59,497 nt of DNA, taken from the NCBI GenBank assembly GCA_045594445.1, contig JAZNYL010000006.1, positions 1 through 59,497 of the forward strand, in the 5' to 3' direction. The DNA comes from Eubacteriales bacterium (GTDB lineage: Bacteria > Bacillota > Clostridia > Oscillospirales > CAG-272). A program made the position numbers and the translations under genes. This document shows, piece after piece, positions 38,410 to 46,977 of this stretch. The notes below the pieces were generated by a model. The model worked only from the letters and a program-made list of their open reading frames with translations, was not told where the DNA came from and made no database searches. Positions within the stretch are counted from its first letter, which is position 1. Every line of letters starts with the position of its first letter.

Positions 38410-39539
38410 AAAAATGCTTGTGGTGCACGGCTGTCATGCTGCTGATCGGCGCGTGCCTTTGCTTGCCCGCCTCTGCAAACGAGGCAGATTACAGCACGCT
38501 GCCCGAGCAGTACGTTGCCTTGGAGGAGTACGTTCCTACCGAGCTTACGGAAATTTTGCCGGAAGGATTGTTTTCCTCCGATCCCGGCAGCGTGCAGGCG
38601 GCTCTTGCGCAAATGCTTTCGTTTTCGGGGCTTTTGGAGCTGCTTTTGGATATGGCGGGGATGCATCTGGCCGAGAGCAGCAGATTGCTTGCGTCGGTTT
38701 GCGGACTTTTGCTGCTTTGCGGCCTCTTGCGAGCCTTTGGAAACGCGCAGCAAATCGGTTGGGCAGGGCTTGCGCCGCGCCTTTGTCTGTTCGGGGCGGT
38801 TGTGGGCGCAGGGTATGCGGCCGTAAGCGCCATGGTGGAATATTTTCACGCCTTGCAAAAGCTGGTGGGCGGCCTGCTGCCCATGATGAGCGTGATGTAT
38901 CTGCTTGGCGGCAACGTCTCGCGCGCCACGGTCGGGAACGCGACCTTGAGCGTAGGGCTCAACGTCTGCGGCGGCGTGTGCGCCGAGATTGCACCACCCT
39001 TATTCGGGGCTTGCATGGCCATGAGCCTGCCTACGGTTATGGAGTCGGGTGTGGATCTCTCCAAGGTGTCCGGCTTTTTGAAAAAAACGTATACCTCGGT
39101 GCTCGGGGTGCTGACGCTGATTCTGACGCTTTGCCTGTCCGCACAAAATCTGATCGCCTCGCATTCGGATAGCCTTGCCATGCGTAGCGGACGCTACGCC
39201 ATCGGACAAATGATTCCCGTGGTTGGCGGGGCTTTGGGAGGCTCGCTGGATACGCTTGCCGCAAGCCTGGGGCTTTTGCGGGGGTTGGCAGGCACGAGCG
39301 CGGTGCTTTTGCTGCTGCTTGGCTGCCTGCCCGTGCTGTGTCGCATGCTGATCTTGCGCGCGCTGTTTGATTTTGGCAGTAGCGTGGCGCACCTGATGGG
39401 ATGCGGCCCAGAGGGTACGGTGCTCGGTGAGGCGGGTAGCTTGTTCGGATATATGGCCGCAGCTGTGGCCATGTGCACGGCGGTTTTTATCATTGCGGTG
39501 GGAGCGTTTGCCTCTTGTGCCGCTGCGTGGGTGAGCTGA
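38406..39539 (+). CDS. spoIIIAE: Stage III sporulation protein AE
   Basis: Polytopic membrane protein with IPVVGGAL motif; operon position. Confidence 0.9.
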   Translation: MKKCLWCTAVMLLIGACLCLPASANEADYSTLPEQYVALEEYVPTELTEILPEGLFSSDPGSVQAALAQMLSFSGLLELLLDMAGMHLAESSRLLASVCGLLLLCGLLRAFGNAQQIGWAGLAPRLCLFGAVVGAGYAAVSAMVEYFHALQKLVGGLLPMMSVMYLLGGNVSRATVGNATLSVGLNVCGGVCAEIAPPLFGACMAMSLPTVMESGVDLSKVSGFLKKTYTSVLGVLTLILTLCLSAQNLIASHSDSLAMRSGRYAIGQMIPVVGGALGGSLDTLAASLGLLRGLAGTSAVLLLLLGCLPVLCRMLILRALFDFGSSVAHLMGCGPEGTVLGEAGSLFGYMAAAVAMCTAVFIIAVGAFASCAAAWVS

Positions 39540-39540
39540 T

Positions 39541-39999
39541 ATGGGCGGATATTTGTATTCCTTGGCACTGGCAAGCGTGCTAATCGCGCTAATCTGTGCT
39601 GTCGTGCCCGCGTCAAGCACATCGCACGTCAAGCTTTTGTGCAGCCTTTGCGTGGTGTGCCTTTTGTGCGCACCGCTGATGCGCGCCGTCAATGCGGTCA
39701 GGCAAGGGGAGCTTGAGATCCCGGAGCAATGGCGCGAACAGACAACGACAGAGGACGCAGAGCAGGACTTTGCAGACGTTGCGCAAAGCGTGCTGGCAGG
39801 GCAACTGCAGCTGCTGCTGGAGCGGGAGTTTTCCTTGCCTGCAAGCGAGTGCAGCATTTATACCGAGCAGGATGAGCACGGGCAGATCACAGGTGTCACG
39901 CTAGTGCTTTCAGGCAAAGCAATCTGGCGTGATCCCGAGCCGCTTGCAAAGTACGTTGAGGGGCTGCTCGGCTGCCCTTGCAGGGTGGTTTTGGACTAA
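39541..39999 (+). CDS. spoIIIAF: Stage III sporulation protein AF
   Basis: Two N-terminal hydrophobic helices (..P....HVKL..L......PL); position between AE and AG. Confidence 0.75.
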   Translation: MGGYLYSLALASVLIALICAVVPASSTSHVKLLCSLCVVCLLCAPLMRAVNAVRQGELEIPEQWREQTTTEDAEQDFADVAQSVLAGQLQLLLEREFSLPASECSIYTEQDEHGQITGVTLVLSGKAIWRDPEPLAKYVEGLLGCPCRVVLD

Positions 40000-40015
40000 A
40001 TGAGTGGAGGACATG

Positions 40016-40570
40016 ATGTATACGGACGGTATTTCGGACGTCAAGGGCACGGTTGGACAAATGAAAAAGAGCGGCAGGCTATGGATCGTGATTCTGGGGG
40101 CTGTGATCGGCCTTGGGCTTTTGGTGATGGGCAGCTTTGATCTGCCGCTTTTTCAAAAAAAGGCGAGCGAGCAGAGCGCGCCTGTCTCGGAGCAGGCCGA
40201 ACTGCAGGCTTATCGCGAAGGACTTTCGCGCGAGATCGCGCAGCTTTGCGCAGGGGTGCGTGGCGTGGGCAAGGTGCAGGTCGTGGTCACGCTGTCGGGC
40301 GGGTACGAATACGTGTACGCCCGCGACGTGCAAAGCAAAACGGATATTGACAGTTCAAGCTCGCAGGAATCCTACGTCATCGTGGGCTCGGGAAGCTCGC
40401 AAGCCCCCGTGCTGCTTACACGCCGGCAGCCGAGCGTGGCAGGCGTGGGCATCGTGTGCGAGGGCGGGGCAGATCCTGCCGTGCAAAACGAGCTGGTGGC
40501 CTTGGTCAGCGCGGCCTTTGGCATCGGGACAAATAAAATTCACGTCAGCGCGTCACAATTTACGCAATAA
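40016..40570 (+). CDS. spoIIIAG: Stage III sporulation protein AG
   Basis: N-terminal TM, GVGKVQVVVTL, PSVAGVGIVCEGG, IGTNKIHV. Confidence 0.9.
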   Translation: MYTDGISDVKGTVGQMKKSGRLWIVILGAVIGLGLLVMGSFDLPLFQKKASEQSAPVSEQAELQAYREGLSREIAQLCAGVRGVGKVQVVVTLSGGYEYVYARDVQSKTDIDSSSSQESYVIVGSGSSQAPVLLTRRQPSVAGVGIVCEGGADPAVQNELVALVSAAFGIGTNKIHVSASQFTQ

Positions 40571-40572
40571 GG

Positions 40573-40601
40573 GCATATTCTCTTTGCCCTGATAATAGAA
40601 T
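40573..40601 (+). promoter_or_regulatory. Possible internal sigma-E-type promoter for spoIIIAH
   Basis: gcATA-N16-AATAGAAT in the AG-AH spacer. Confidence 0.4.
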
Positions 40602-40632
40602 ATAGCGTAACAACAAAACGGAGGGCTTACAT

Positions 40633-41235
40633 ATGAACTTCAAAAAGGCGATTACTTCTATCGGCGATTTTTTCAAGAAAATGGGCAAACGCAATCTGAT
40701 CATCGCAGGCGCGGTCATCATGATCGGTCTTGCGGTCTACCTCAACTGGATCTTCTTTGCGGGCGATGCTGCGGACGATTCTTACAAGTATGATCAGAGC
40801 GCAGGCATGACCACCAACTACGGTACCACGTTGGGCACAGGCTCGACCACGGGCGACCAGAACAACGGCGCAACCGACGCTTCTTCCTACTTCAGCAGCG
40901 TGCAGATTTCCAGACAAAAGGCAAGAGACGAGGCACTTGAGGTGCTCAACTCGGTCGTTGACAACCAGAACGCCACCGACGAGGTCAAGGCAGAGGCGGT
41001 TGCCGAGATCAGACAGATCGCGGCTGAGATGGAGGATGAGGCAAAGATCGAGTCGCTGATCAAGACCAAGGGATACGAGCAATGCGTAGCGGTCATCAGC
41101 GGTGAGAACGTCAGCATCGTCATCCAGCACGAGGGTGAGCTGACCGCATCTGCACTGGCGCAGATCAACGCCATTGTCTACGAGCAGACCGGCATTTCCC
41201 CCGCAGGCGTGAGCATTATCACCAGAGAGGGCTAA
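40633..41235 (+). CDS. spoIIIAH: Stage III sporulation protein AH
   Basis: AVYLNW, YF....SRQKARDE, IESLIKTKGY; last gene of the operon. Confidence 0.92.
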   Translation: MNFKKAITSIGDFFKKMGKRNLIIAGAVIMIGLAVYLNWIFFAGDAADDSYKYDQSAGMTTNYGTTLGTGSTTGDQNNGATDASSYFSSVQISRQKARDEALEVLNSVVDNQNATDEVKAEAVAEIRQIAAEMEDEAKIESLIKTKGYEQCVAVISGENVSIVIQHEGELTASALAQINAIVYEQTGISPAGVSIITREG

Positions 41236-41244
41236 TTTGCTTGC

Positions 41245-41273
41245 AAAAAGAGGCTGAGAGATCAGCCTCTTTT
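41245..41273. terminator. Intrinsic terminator after spoIIIAH
   Basis: AAAAGAGGCTGA-GAGA-TCAGCCTCTTTT. Confidence 0.8.
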
Positions 41274-41378
41274 GTTATGCGTATGCTTTGTTGGTGAAAT
41301 CAGAAACGGAGGCTGTTATCACAAATCGTCCCTTCTGCATACAATGGCAATAAAATTACACAACAAAGGGGATTTTGT

Positions 41379-42455
41379 ATGCAAGAAAACATCAAAAGGG
41401 CTTATTTTGCGACGGCCAACACCGCGGATGGGTTTGTCAGCTTTTACGAGGGTTGCTTCCTTGGCGAGGATATTTTGCGCACGTATATGATCAAGGGAGG
41501 CCCCGGCACGGGCAAGAGTCGCTTTCTTGGCGACGTGGCGCATGCAGCGACCTTGCGAGGTTGGCAGGCAGAGTACTATTATTGCTCGTCCGATCCGGGG
41601 AGTTTGGACGGTGTGATTCTCTCGCACCCCGCAAAGGGGCGCATTGCGCTGGCCGACTGCACCATGCCGCATGTGCTGGAGCCCACCTTGCCGGGTGTGC
41701 GCGACGTGATCGTCAATCTTGGCGACTTCTGGGATCGGGAAAGGCTTGCCAAGAGCGGAAAGCGCATCCGCACGCTCAATACCTACAAGCAAAAGGGATT
41801 TTCGCAGGCCTACGATTATCTGCACACGGCGGGTACGCTGCTTTGCATTCGCGATAGCCTGATTCAGCCCTGCACGGATACCGACCGCATTTTTCGCACC
41901 GCAGCCAAGATCGCCCGCACGTTTCCCAAGGGCAGGACGTACCGCGAGCATATCGCCTTTTGCGACAGCATCGGCATGAAGGGGAGGGTGCATCTGGACA
42001 CCTACGAAAGGCTTGCTGACAGAGTGATCGTGCTCTCTCCCTTTTATGGCATAGAATTTGCCGTCATGGAGCTGCTTTGCGAGCACGCCCGCGACAGAGG
42101 CTGCGAGGTTTGGCGCGCACCGTACGTAACCGCGGTGCAAAAGACTGCGGCGCTGTATTTCCCCGAAAGCCGCCTTTGCGTCACTTGCGCAAATCCTGAA
42201 AGCACGGCAGGGAAGGACGTTCATCGGATCGATTTGCGCCGTCTTTGTGATGCAGACGCCCTGCGCGGCGTGCGCGGTCAGGCGCGCCTTGCGCAAAAAA
42301 TGGCGGAAAGCGCGCTGGATGCGGCATGCGAATGCTTTGCCCGCGCGGGGGAATACCACTTCGAGCTGGAGAGCCTTTACACGCCCGCCATGGACTTTGA
42401 TGCAAAGGAGAGATTTACCGCTACATTTTGCGAGGCAATCTTACAAAATCCTTGA
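41379..42455 (+). CDS. P-loop ATPase, PRK06851-like conserved clostridial protein
   Basis: YFATANTADGF, IKGGPGTGKS, YYCSSDPGSLDGV, D.T.PH..EP..PG; CATACAAT (mother-cell sigma -10-like) at 41338-41345 upstream. Confidence 0.75.
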   Translation: MQENIKRAYFATANTADGFVSFYEGCFLGEDILRTYMIKGGPGTGKSRFLGDVAHAATLRGWQAEYYYCSSDPGSLDGVILSHPAKGRIALADCTMPHVLEPTLPGVRDVIVNLGDFWDRERLAKSGKRIRTLNTYKQKGFSQAYDYLHTAGTLLCIRDSLIQPCTDTDRIFRTAAKIARTFPKGRTYREHIAFCDSIGMKGRVHLDTYERLADRVIVLSPFYGIEFAVMELLCEHARDRGCEVWRAPYVTAVQKTAALYFPESRLCVTCANPESTAGKDVHRIDLRRLCDADALRGVRGQARLAQKMAESALDAACECFARAGEYHFELESLYTPAMDFDAKERFTATFCEAILQNP

Positions 42456-42481
42456 CAATGGGTGCTTTTGTGTAGTATAAT
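42452..42481 (+). promoter_or_regulatory. Sigma-A promoter of the miaB-mutSL operon
   Basis: TTGACA-N18-TATAAT; the -35 box contains the upstream gene's TGA stop. Confidence 0.75.
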
Positions 42482-42523
42482 AATAAATTGAGATACTATA
42501 ATAATTGAGGATAAATCAAAAAA

Positions 42524-43921
42524 ATGAGTCAACAAATCGTCTACGACGCAAGTCAATATATGCAAAAGCTGCGGGGCTATACGGCCTCTCTTGCAGCCGA
42601 GCTGGGAAGCGCACCCAAGTGTTTTGTGCTGACCTTTGGCTGCCAGCAAAACGTGGCGGACAGCGAAAAGCTTTCCGGTATGGCGCGGGATATGGGCTAC
42701 GAGCTTTGCGACGACCCCGCGGATGCCGATCTGATCGCGGTCAACACCTGTGCCATCCGCGAGCATGCCGAGCAAAAGGCGCTTTCGATCGTGGGGCAAT
42801 ACAAGCACCTCAAAGCCAAAAAGCCCTCGCTGATCATTGCGGTCTGCGGCTGCATGGTGGCGCAACAGCATCGCCGCGAGGACATCAAGCATAAGTATCC
42901 TTACGTGGATATCACGTTCGGCACGGCGTCCTTGCACCGTTTTCCCGAGCTGCTCTGGCAAAAGATCGCGCGCTCGCGCCGCATTTTCTGTCCCGAGGAG
43001 ACCGAGTACGCGGTGGCCGAGGGTGTGCCGATCTGCCGCGAAAGCGACTACCGCGCGTGGGTGTCCATTATGTACGGCTGCAACAATTTCTGCTCATATT
43101 GCATCGTGCCCTACGTGCGCGGCAGAGAGCGCAGCAGGGAAATGCACGAGGTAGTGGCCGAGGTCAGGGAGCTTGTGCAAAAGGGATATAAGGATATCAC
43201 GCTGCTCGGGCAAAACGTCAACTCCTATGCCAAGGGGATGGGCTACGATTTTGCAGATCTGCTTTATGAGCTTGACAAGATCGAGGGGGACTATATCCTG
43301 CGCTTTATGACCAGCCACCCAAAGGATGCAAGCTACAAGCTGATTGACGTCATGGCAAAGTCCAAGCATATTGCGCATCAGTTCCATCTGCCGCTGCAGT
43401 CGGGCAGCGATAAAATACTCAAGGCCATGAACCGCCATTACGACAAGGCAAGATACCTTGATATCGTGCGCTACATCCGCGAGAAAATGCCCGATGCCGC
43501 GCTTTCTTCGGATATCATCGTAGGCTTCCCGGGTGAGACCGAAGAGGACTTCGAGGACACCATGCAGATTCTTGACACGGTGCGCTTTGATATGCTGTTC
43601 TCGTTTATCTACTCGCCCAGAAAGGGCACGCCCGCAGCCGAGATGGAGCAGGTGGATCCGGGGGTCACGGGCAAGAGATTCGACCGCCTGCTGGCGCTTC
43701 AGCACGATATTGCACTGGAAAAGAATCAGCCCATGGTAGGCAAAACCATTCGCGTGCTTTGCGACGGACCGAGCAAGAATAACCCCGAGATTTACTCGGG
43801 CCGCGAGGAGGGCAACAAGATCGTGTTCTTCCACGCGACTCCCGAGGATACTGGTAAGTTTGTGAGCGTCAAGATTGACAAAGCGGACGCCTTTGCTTTG
43901 TGGGGCGAAATTGAGAAATAA
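42524..43921 (+). CDS. miaB: tRNA methylthiotransferase MiaB
   Basis: TFGCQQN, NTCAIRE, GCNNFCSYCIVPYVRGRERSR, TRAM domain. Confidence 0.96.
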   Translation: MSQQIVYDASQYMQKLRGYTASLAAELGSAPKCFVLTFGCQQNVADSEKLSGMARDMGYELCDDPADADLIAVNTCAIREHAEQKALSIVGQYKHLKAKKPSLIIAVCGCMVAQQHRREDIKHKYPYVDITFGTASLHRFPELLWQKIARSRRIFCPEETEYAVAEGVPICRESDYRAWVSIMYGCNNFCSYCIVPYVRGRERSREMHEVVAEVRELVQKGYKDITLLGQNVNSYAKGMGYDFADLLYELDKIEGDYILRFMTSHPKDASYKLIDVMAKSKHIAHQFHLPLQSGSDKILKAMNRHYDKARYLDIVRYIREKMPDAALSSDIIVGFPGETEEDFEDTMQILDTVRFDMLFSFIYSPRKGTPAAEMEQVDPGVTGKRFDRLLALQHDIALEKNQPMVGKTIRVLCDGPSKNNPEIYSGREEGNKIVFFHATPEDTGKFVSVKIDKADAFALWGEIEK

Positions 43922-43951
43922 TTGAAAAACAATAGAAAAGAGGATAAAACA

Positions 43952-44344
43952 ATGGAAATTTTTGAACTGGCCGCACAGCTCGGCAAGGAACTCAAGAAGG
44001 ATGAGCGACTGGTACGCATGGCAAAGGCCAAGGAAGCGTACGAAAACGATATGGATCTGCGCACGCTGATGCGCGAATATCAGGTTCAGCAGATCGCGCT
44101 GGAAAAAACCGCAGGTCAGAAGGACGTTGAAGCAAGATTTTTGGAGATGATCCAGAACCGCATCAACGAGCTGTACGATCAGATCGTGGCACACCCCGTT
44201 TACGTGGAGCTGGAGCAGGCGCAGAATGCAGTCAACGATCTGATGAACGCGGTCAACAACACCATCATGTTTGAGATTACGGGCGAGGTGCCCTCGTCCT
44301 GCACGCACGATTGCTCCACTTGTGGCGGCAGCTGCGGACATTAA
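43952..44344 (+). CDS. YlbF/YmcA (Ric-like) family regulator
   Basis: IFELAAQLGKELK helical protein ending SCTHDCSTCGGSCGH; miaB-ylbF-mutS synteny. Confidence 0.85.
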   Translation: MEIFELAAQLGKELKKDERLVRMAKAKEAYENDMDLRTLMREYQVQQIALEKTAGQKDVEARFLEMIQNRINELYDQIVAHPVYVELEQAQNAVNDLMNAVNNTIMFEITGEVPSSCTHDCSTCGGSCGH

Positions 44345-44370
44345 GATAACAAAATTAAAAAAGTGAGGAT

Positions 44371-46962
44371 ATGACCATGACTCCGATGATGGAGCAATAC
44401 TTTGAGGTCAAAAATAAATACAGGGATCATCTCTTATTTTACCGATTGGGCGACTTTTACGAGATGTTCTTTGACGATGCCATCACCGCCTCGCGTGAGC
44501 TGGAGCTGACGCTGACCGGCAGAGATTGCGGCGAGGCCGAGCGCGCGCCCATGTGCGGCGTGCCGTTCCACTCGGCCGAGGGGTACATAGCAAGACTGAT
44601 CGCCAAGGGCTACAAGGTGGCCATTTGCGAGCAGGTGGAGGATCCCGCCACGGCCAAGGGCTTGGTCAAGCGCGACGTGGTGCGCGTGGTCACACCGGGT
44701 ACTGTCATTGAGAGCGCCATGCTCTCCGAGCAGAAAAACAACTATCTTTGCGCTATCTACGTGGGAGAATACGCTATCGGCGTATGCTTTGCCGACGTTT
44801 CCACGGCGCAGATCTGCGCGACGTCGTTTGACGGTGAGCAGGCCGAGACCAGACTCTGCAACGAGCTTGCTACCTACGCGCCTCGCGAGGTTATCGCAAA
44901 CCTCTCCCGCAAGTCGTTTCCGGAAACGGCCGCGTTTATCACCGACCGTCTTGGGGCTATGCTTGGCGACAACCAGCCCGGCAGATTTGAATATGCGGAC
45001 GCCTTGGAGAGAGTCAAGGAGAGATTTGGTGAGAGCGTCAAGACGCGCGACGCAGCGGACAAGCCGTTGATCTGTGCGGTGGGCGCGCTGATCGACTACA
45101 TTTACGAAACGCAAAAGACCGAAAGCCCCTATTTAAAGGAGCTGCAGGTCTATTCGGATGGCCAGTATCTGGAGATGGACGCCAACACGCGCCGCAATCT
45201 GGAGCTGACCGAAACCATGCGCCAAAAGGAGAAAAAAGGCTCTTTGCTCTGGGTTTTGGACAAGACCAAGACCTCTCCCGGTGCGCGACTTTTGCGCAGC
45301 TGGGTAGAGCACCCGCTGCTCTCGGTGGGCGCGATCTCGCGCCGTCAGAGTGCGGTGGACGAGTTCTTTGGCAACTTCATGCTGCGCGAGGAGTTCTCCG
45401 AGCTGCTCTCGGGCGTTCTGGATATGGAAAGACTCATGACGCGCATCGTGTATGGCACGGCCAACGCAAAGGATCTGCGTGCCGTGGCCAACACCGCCTC
45501 GGTGCTGCCCGAGGTTAAGCGTCTTTTGCAGAGCTGCAAGAGCGAGGAGCTTTCAAGCATTTACCGCGAGCTGGATCTTTTAGAGGATATTTGCGAAAAG
45601 ATCAACGCAGGCATTTGCGAGGAGCCACCCTTTTCGGTCCGCGACGGCGGCATGATTGCCGAGGGATACAGCGCCGAGGTGGACGAGCTGCGCTCGATCA
45701 TGCGCGACGGCAAGAACTGGGTGGAGCAGACTGCCGCTGCCGAGCGTGAGCGCACCGGCATCAAGACGCTCAAGGTCGGATACAACAAGGTGTTCGGCTA
45801 CTATATTGAGGTCAGCAAGTCGTTTGTCGATCAGGTACCCGCACACTATATCCGCAAGCAGACCTTGGTCAACGGAGAGCGATACATTACCGACGAGCTT
45901 AAGGAAATGGAAGCCAAGATCCTTGGCGCGGGCGATCGCGTTTGCGCTCTGGAATACGAGCTGTTTCAGGAGATCCGCGCATACGTGGCGCAAAACAGCG
46001 AGAGAGTGCAGAAAACCGCTGCGCTGCTTGCCAAGACTGACGCCTATCTCTCTCTTGCCACCGTGGCAGCGCGCAACAAGTACGTGCGCCCCGAGGTGGA
46101 TACGAGCGACGTCATAGAAATCAAGGACGGTCGCCATCCCGTGGTGGAGCAGTTTGTCAAAGACACGTATTTCGTGCCCAACGACGCGCATCTGGACACC
46201 AAGAACAACCGCCTGATGCTGATTACCGGCCCGAATATGGCGGGTAAATCCACCTATATGCGTCAGGTCGCGCTGATCACGCTGATGGCGCAGATCGGCA
46301 GCTTCGTGCCCGCAAACGAAGCGCGCATCGGCATCGTGGATAAGATTTTCACCCGCGTGGGCGCATCGGATGACCTTGCCTCGGGGCAATCCACCTTTAT
46401 GCTGGAAATGACCGAGGTGGCCTACATTCTGCAAAACGCCACGCAAAAGAGCCTGATCATTTACGACGAGGTCGGCCGCGGTACCTCCACCTTTGACGGC
46501 ATGGGCATTGCACGTGCCATCGTGGAATATACCCACAGCCGCCGCATCGGCGCTAAGACGCTGTTTGCTACGCACTATCATGAGCTGACCGTCATGGAGC
46601 AGGAATTCGAGGGCGTGGTCAACTATAACATCGCTGCCAAAAAGCGCGGCGACAGCATTACCTTCCTGCGCAAGATCGTGCGCGGCTCGACAGACGACAG
46701 CTACGGCATTGAGGTTGCCAAGCTGGCAGGGCTGCCGAACGACGTGATCAAGCGCGCAAAGCAGGTGCTGCTTTCGGTGGAGCAGACCGCACGTGCGTTG
46801 AGCACCGCCGAGCCTGCCAAGCAAGAAGAGCGCGACGAGATCACCATTGAGGATCAGATCAACGCGCAGATCATCGAGCAGCTCAAAAACGTGGATATCA
46901 ACACGCTCTCGCCGTACGAGTGCATGACGCTGCTGTTTGATATCAAAAAAAGACTGATTTAA
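44371..46962 (+). CDS. mutS: DNA mismatch repair protein MutS
   Basis: TPMMEQY, YRLGDFYEMF, ITGPNMAGKSTY, STFMLEM, DEVGRGTSTFDG, FATHYHEL. Confidence 0.98.
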   Translation: MTMTPMMEQYFEVKNKYRDHLLFYRLGDFYEMFFDDAITASRELELTLTGRDCGEAERAPMCGVPFHSAEGYIARLIAKGYKVAICEQVEDPATAKGLVKRDVVRVVTPGTVIESAMLSEQKNNYLCAIYVGEYAIGVCFADVSTAQICATSFDGEQAETRLCNELATYAPREVIANLSRKSFPETAAFITDRLGAMLGDNQPGRFEYADALERVKERFGESVKTRDAADKPLICAVGALIDYIYETQKTESPYLKELQVYSDGQYLEMDANTRRNLELTETMRQKEKKGSLLWVLDKTKTSPGARLLRSWVEHPLLSVGAISRRQSAVDEFFGNFMLREEFSELLSGVLDMERLMTRIVYGTANAKDLRAVANTASVLPEVKRLLQSCKSEELSSIYRELDLLEDICEKINAGICEEPPFSVRDGGMIAEGYSAEVDELRSIMRDGKNWVEQTAAAERERTGIKTLKVGYNKVFGYYIEVSKSFVDQVPAHYIRKQTLVNGERYITDELKEMEAKILGAGDRVCALEYELFQEIRAYVAQNSERVQKTAALLAKTDAYLSLATVAARNKYVRPEVDTSDVIEIKDGRHPVVEQFVKDTYFVPNDAHLDTKNNRLMLITGPNMAGKSTYMRQVALITLMAQIGSFVPANEARIGIVDKIFTRVGASDDLASGQSTFMLEMTEVAYILQNATQKSLIIYDEVGRGTSTFDGMGIARAIVEYTHSRRIGAKTLFATHYHELTVMEQEFEGVVNYNIAAKKRGDSITFLRKIVRGSTDDSYGIEVAKLAGLPNDVIKRAKQVLLSVEQTARALSTAEPAKQEERDEITIEDQINAQIIEQLKNVDINTLSPYECMTLLFDIKKRLI

Positions 46963-46977
46963 CGATTTGGAGTATAT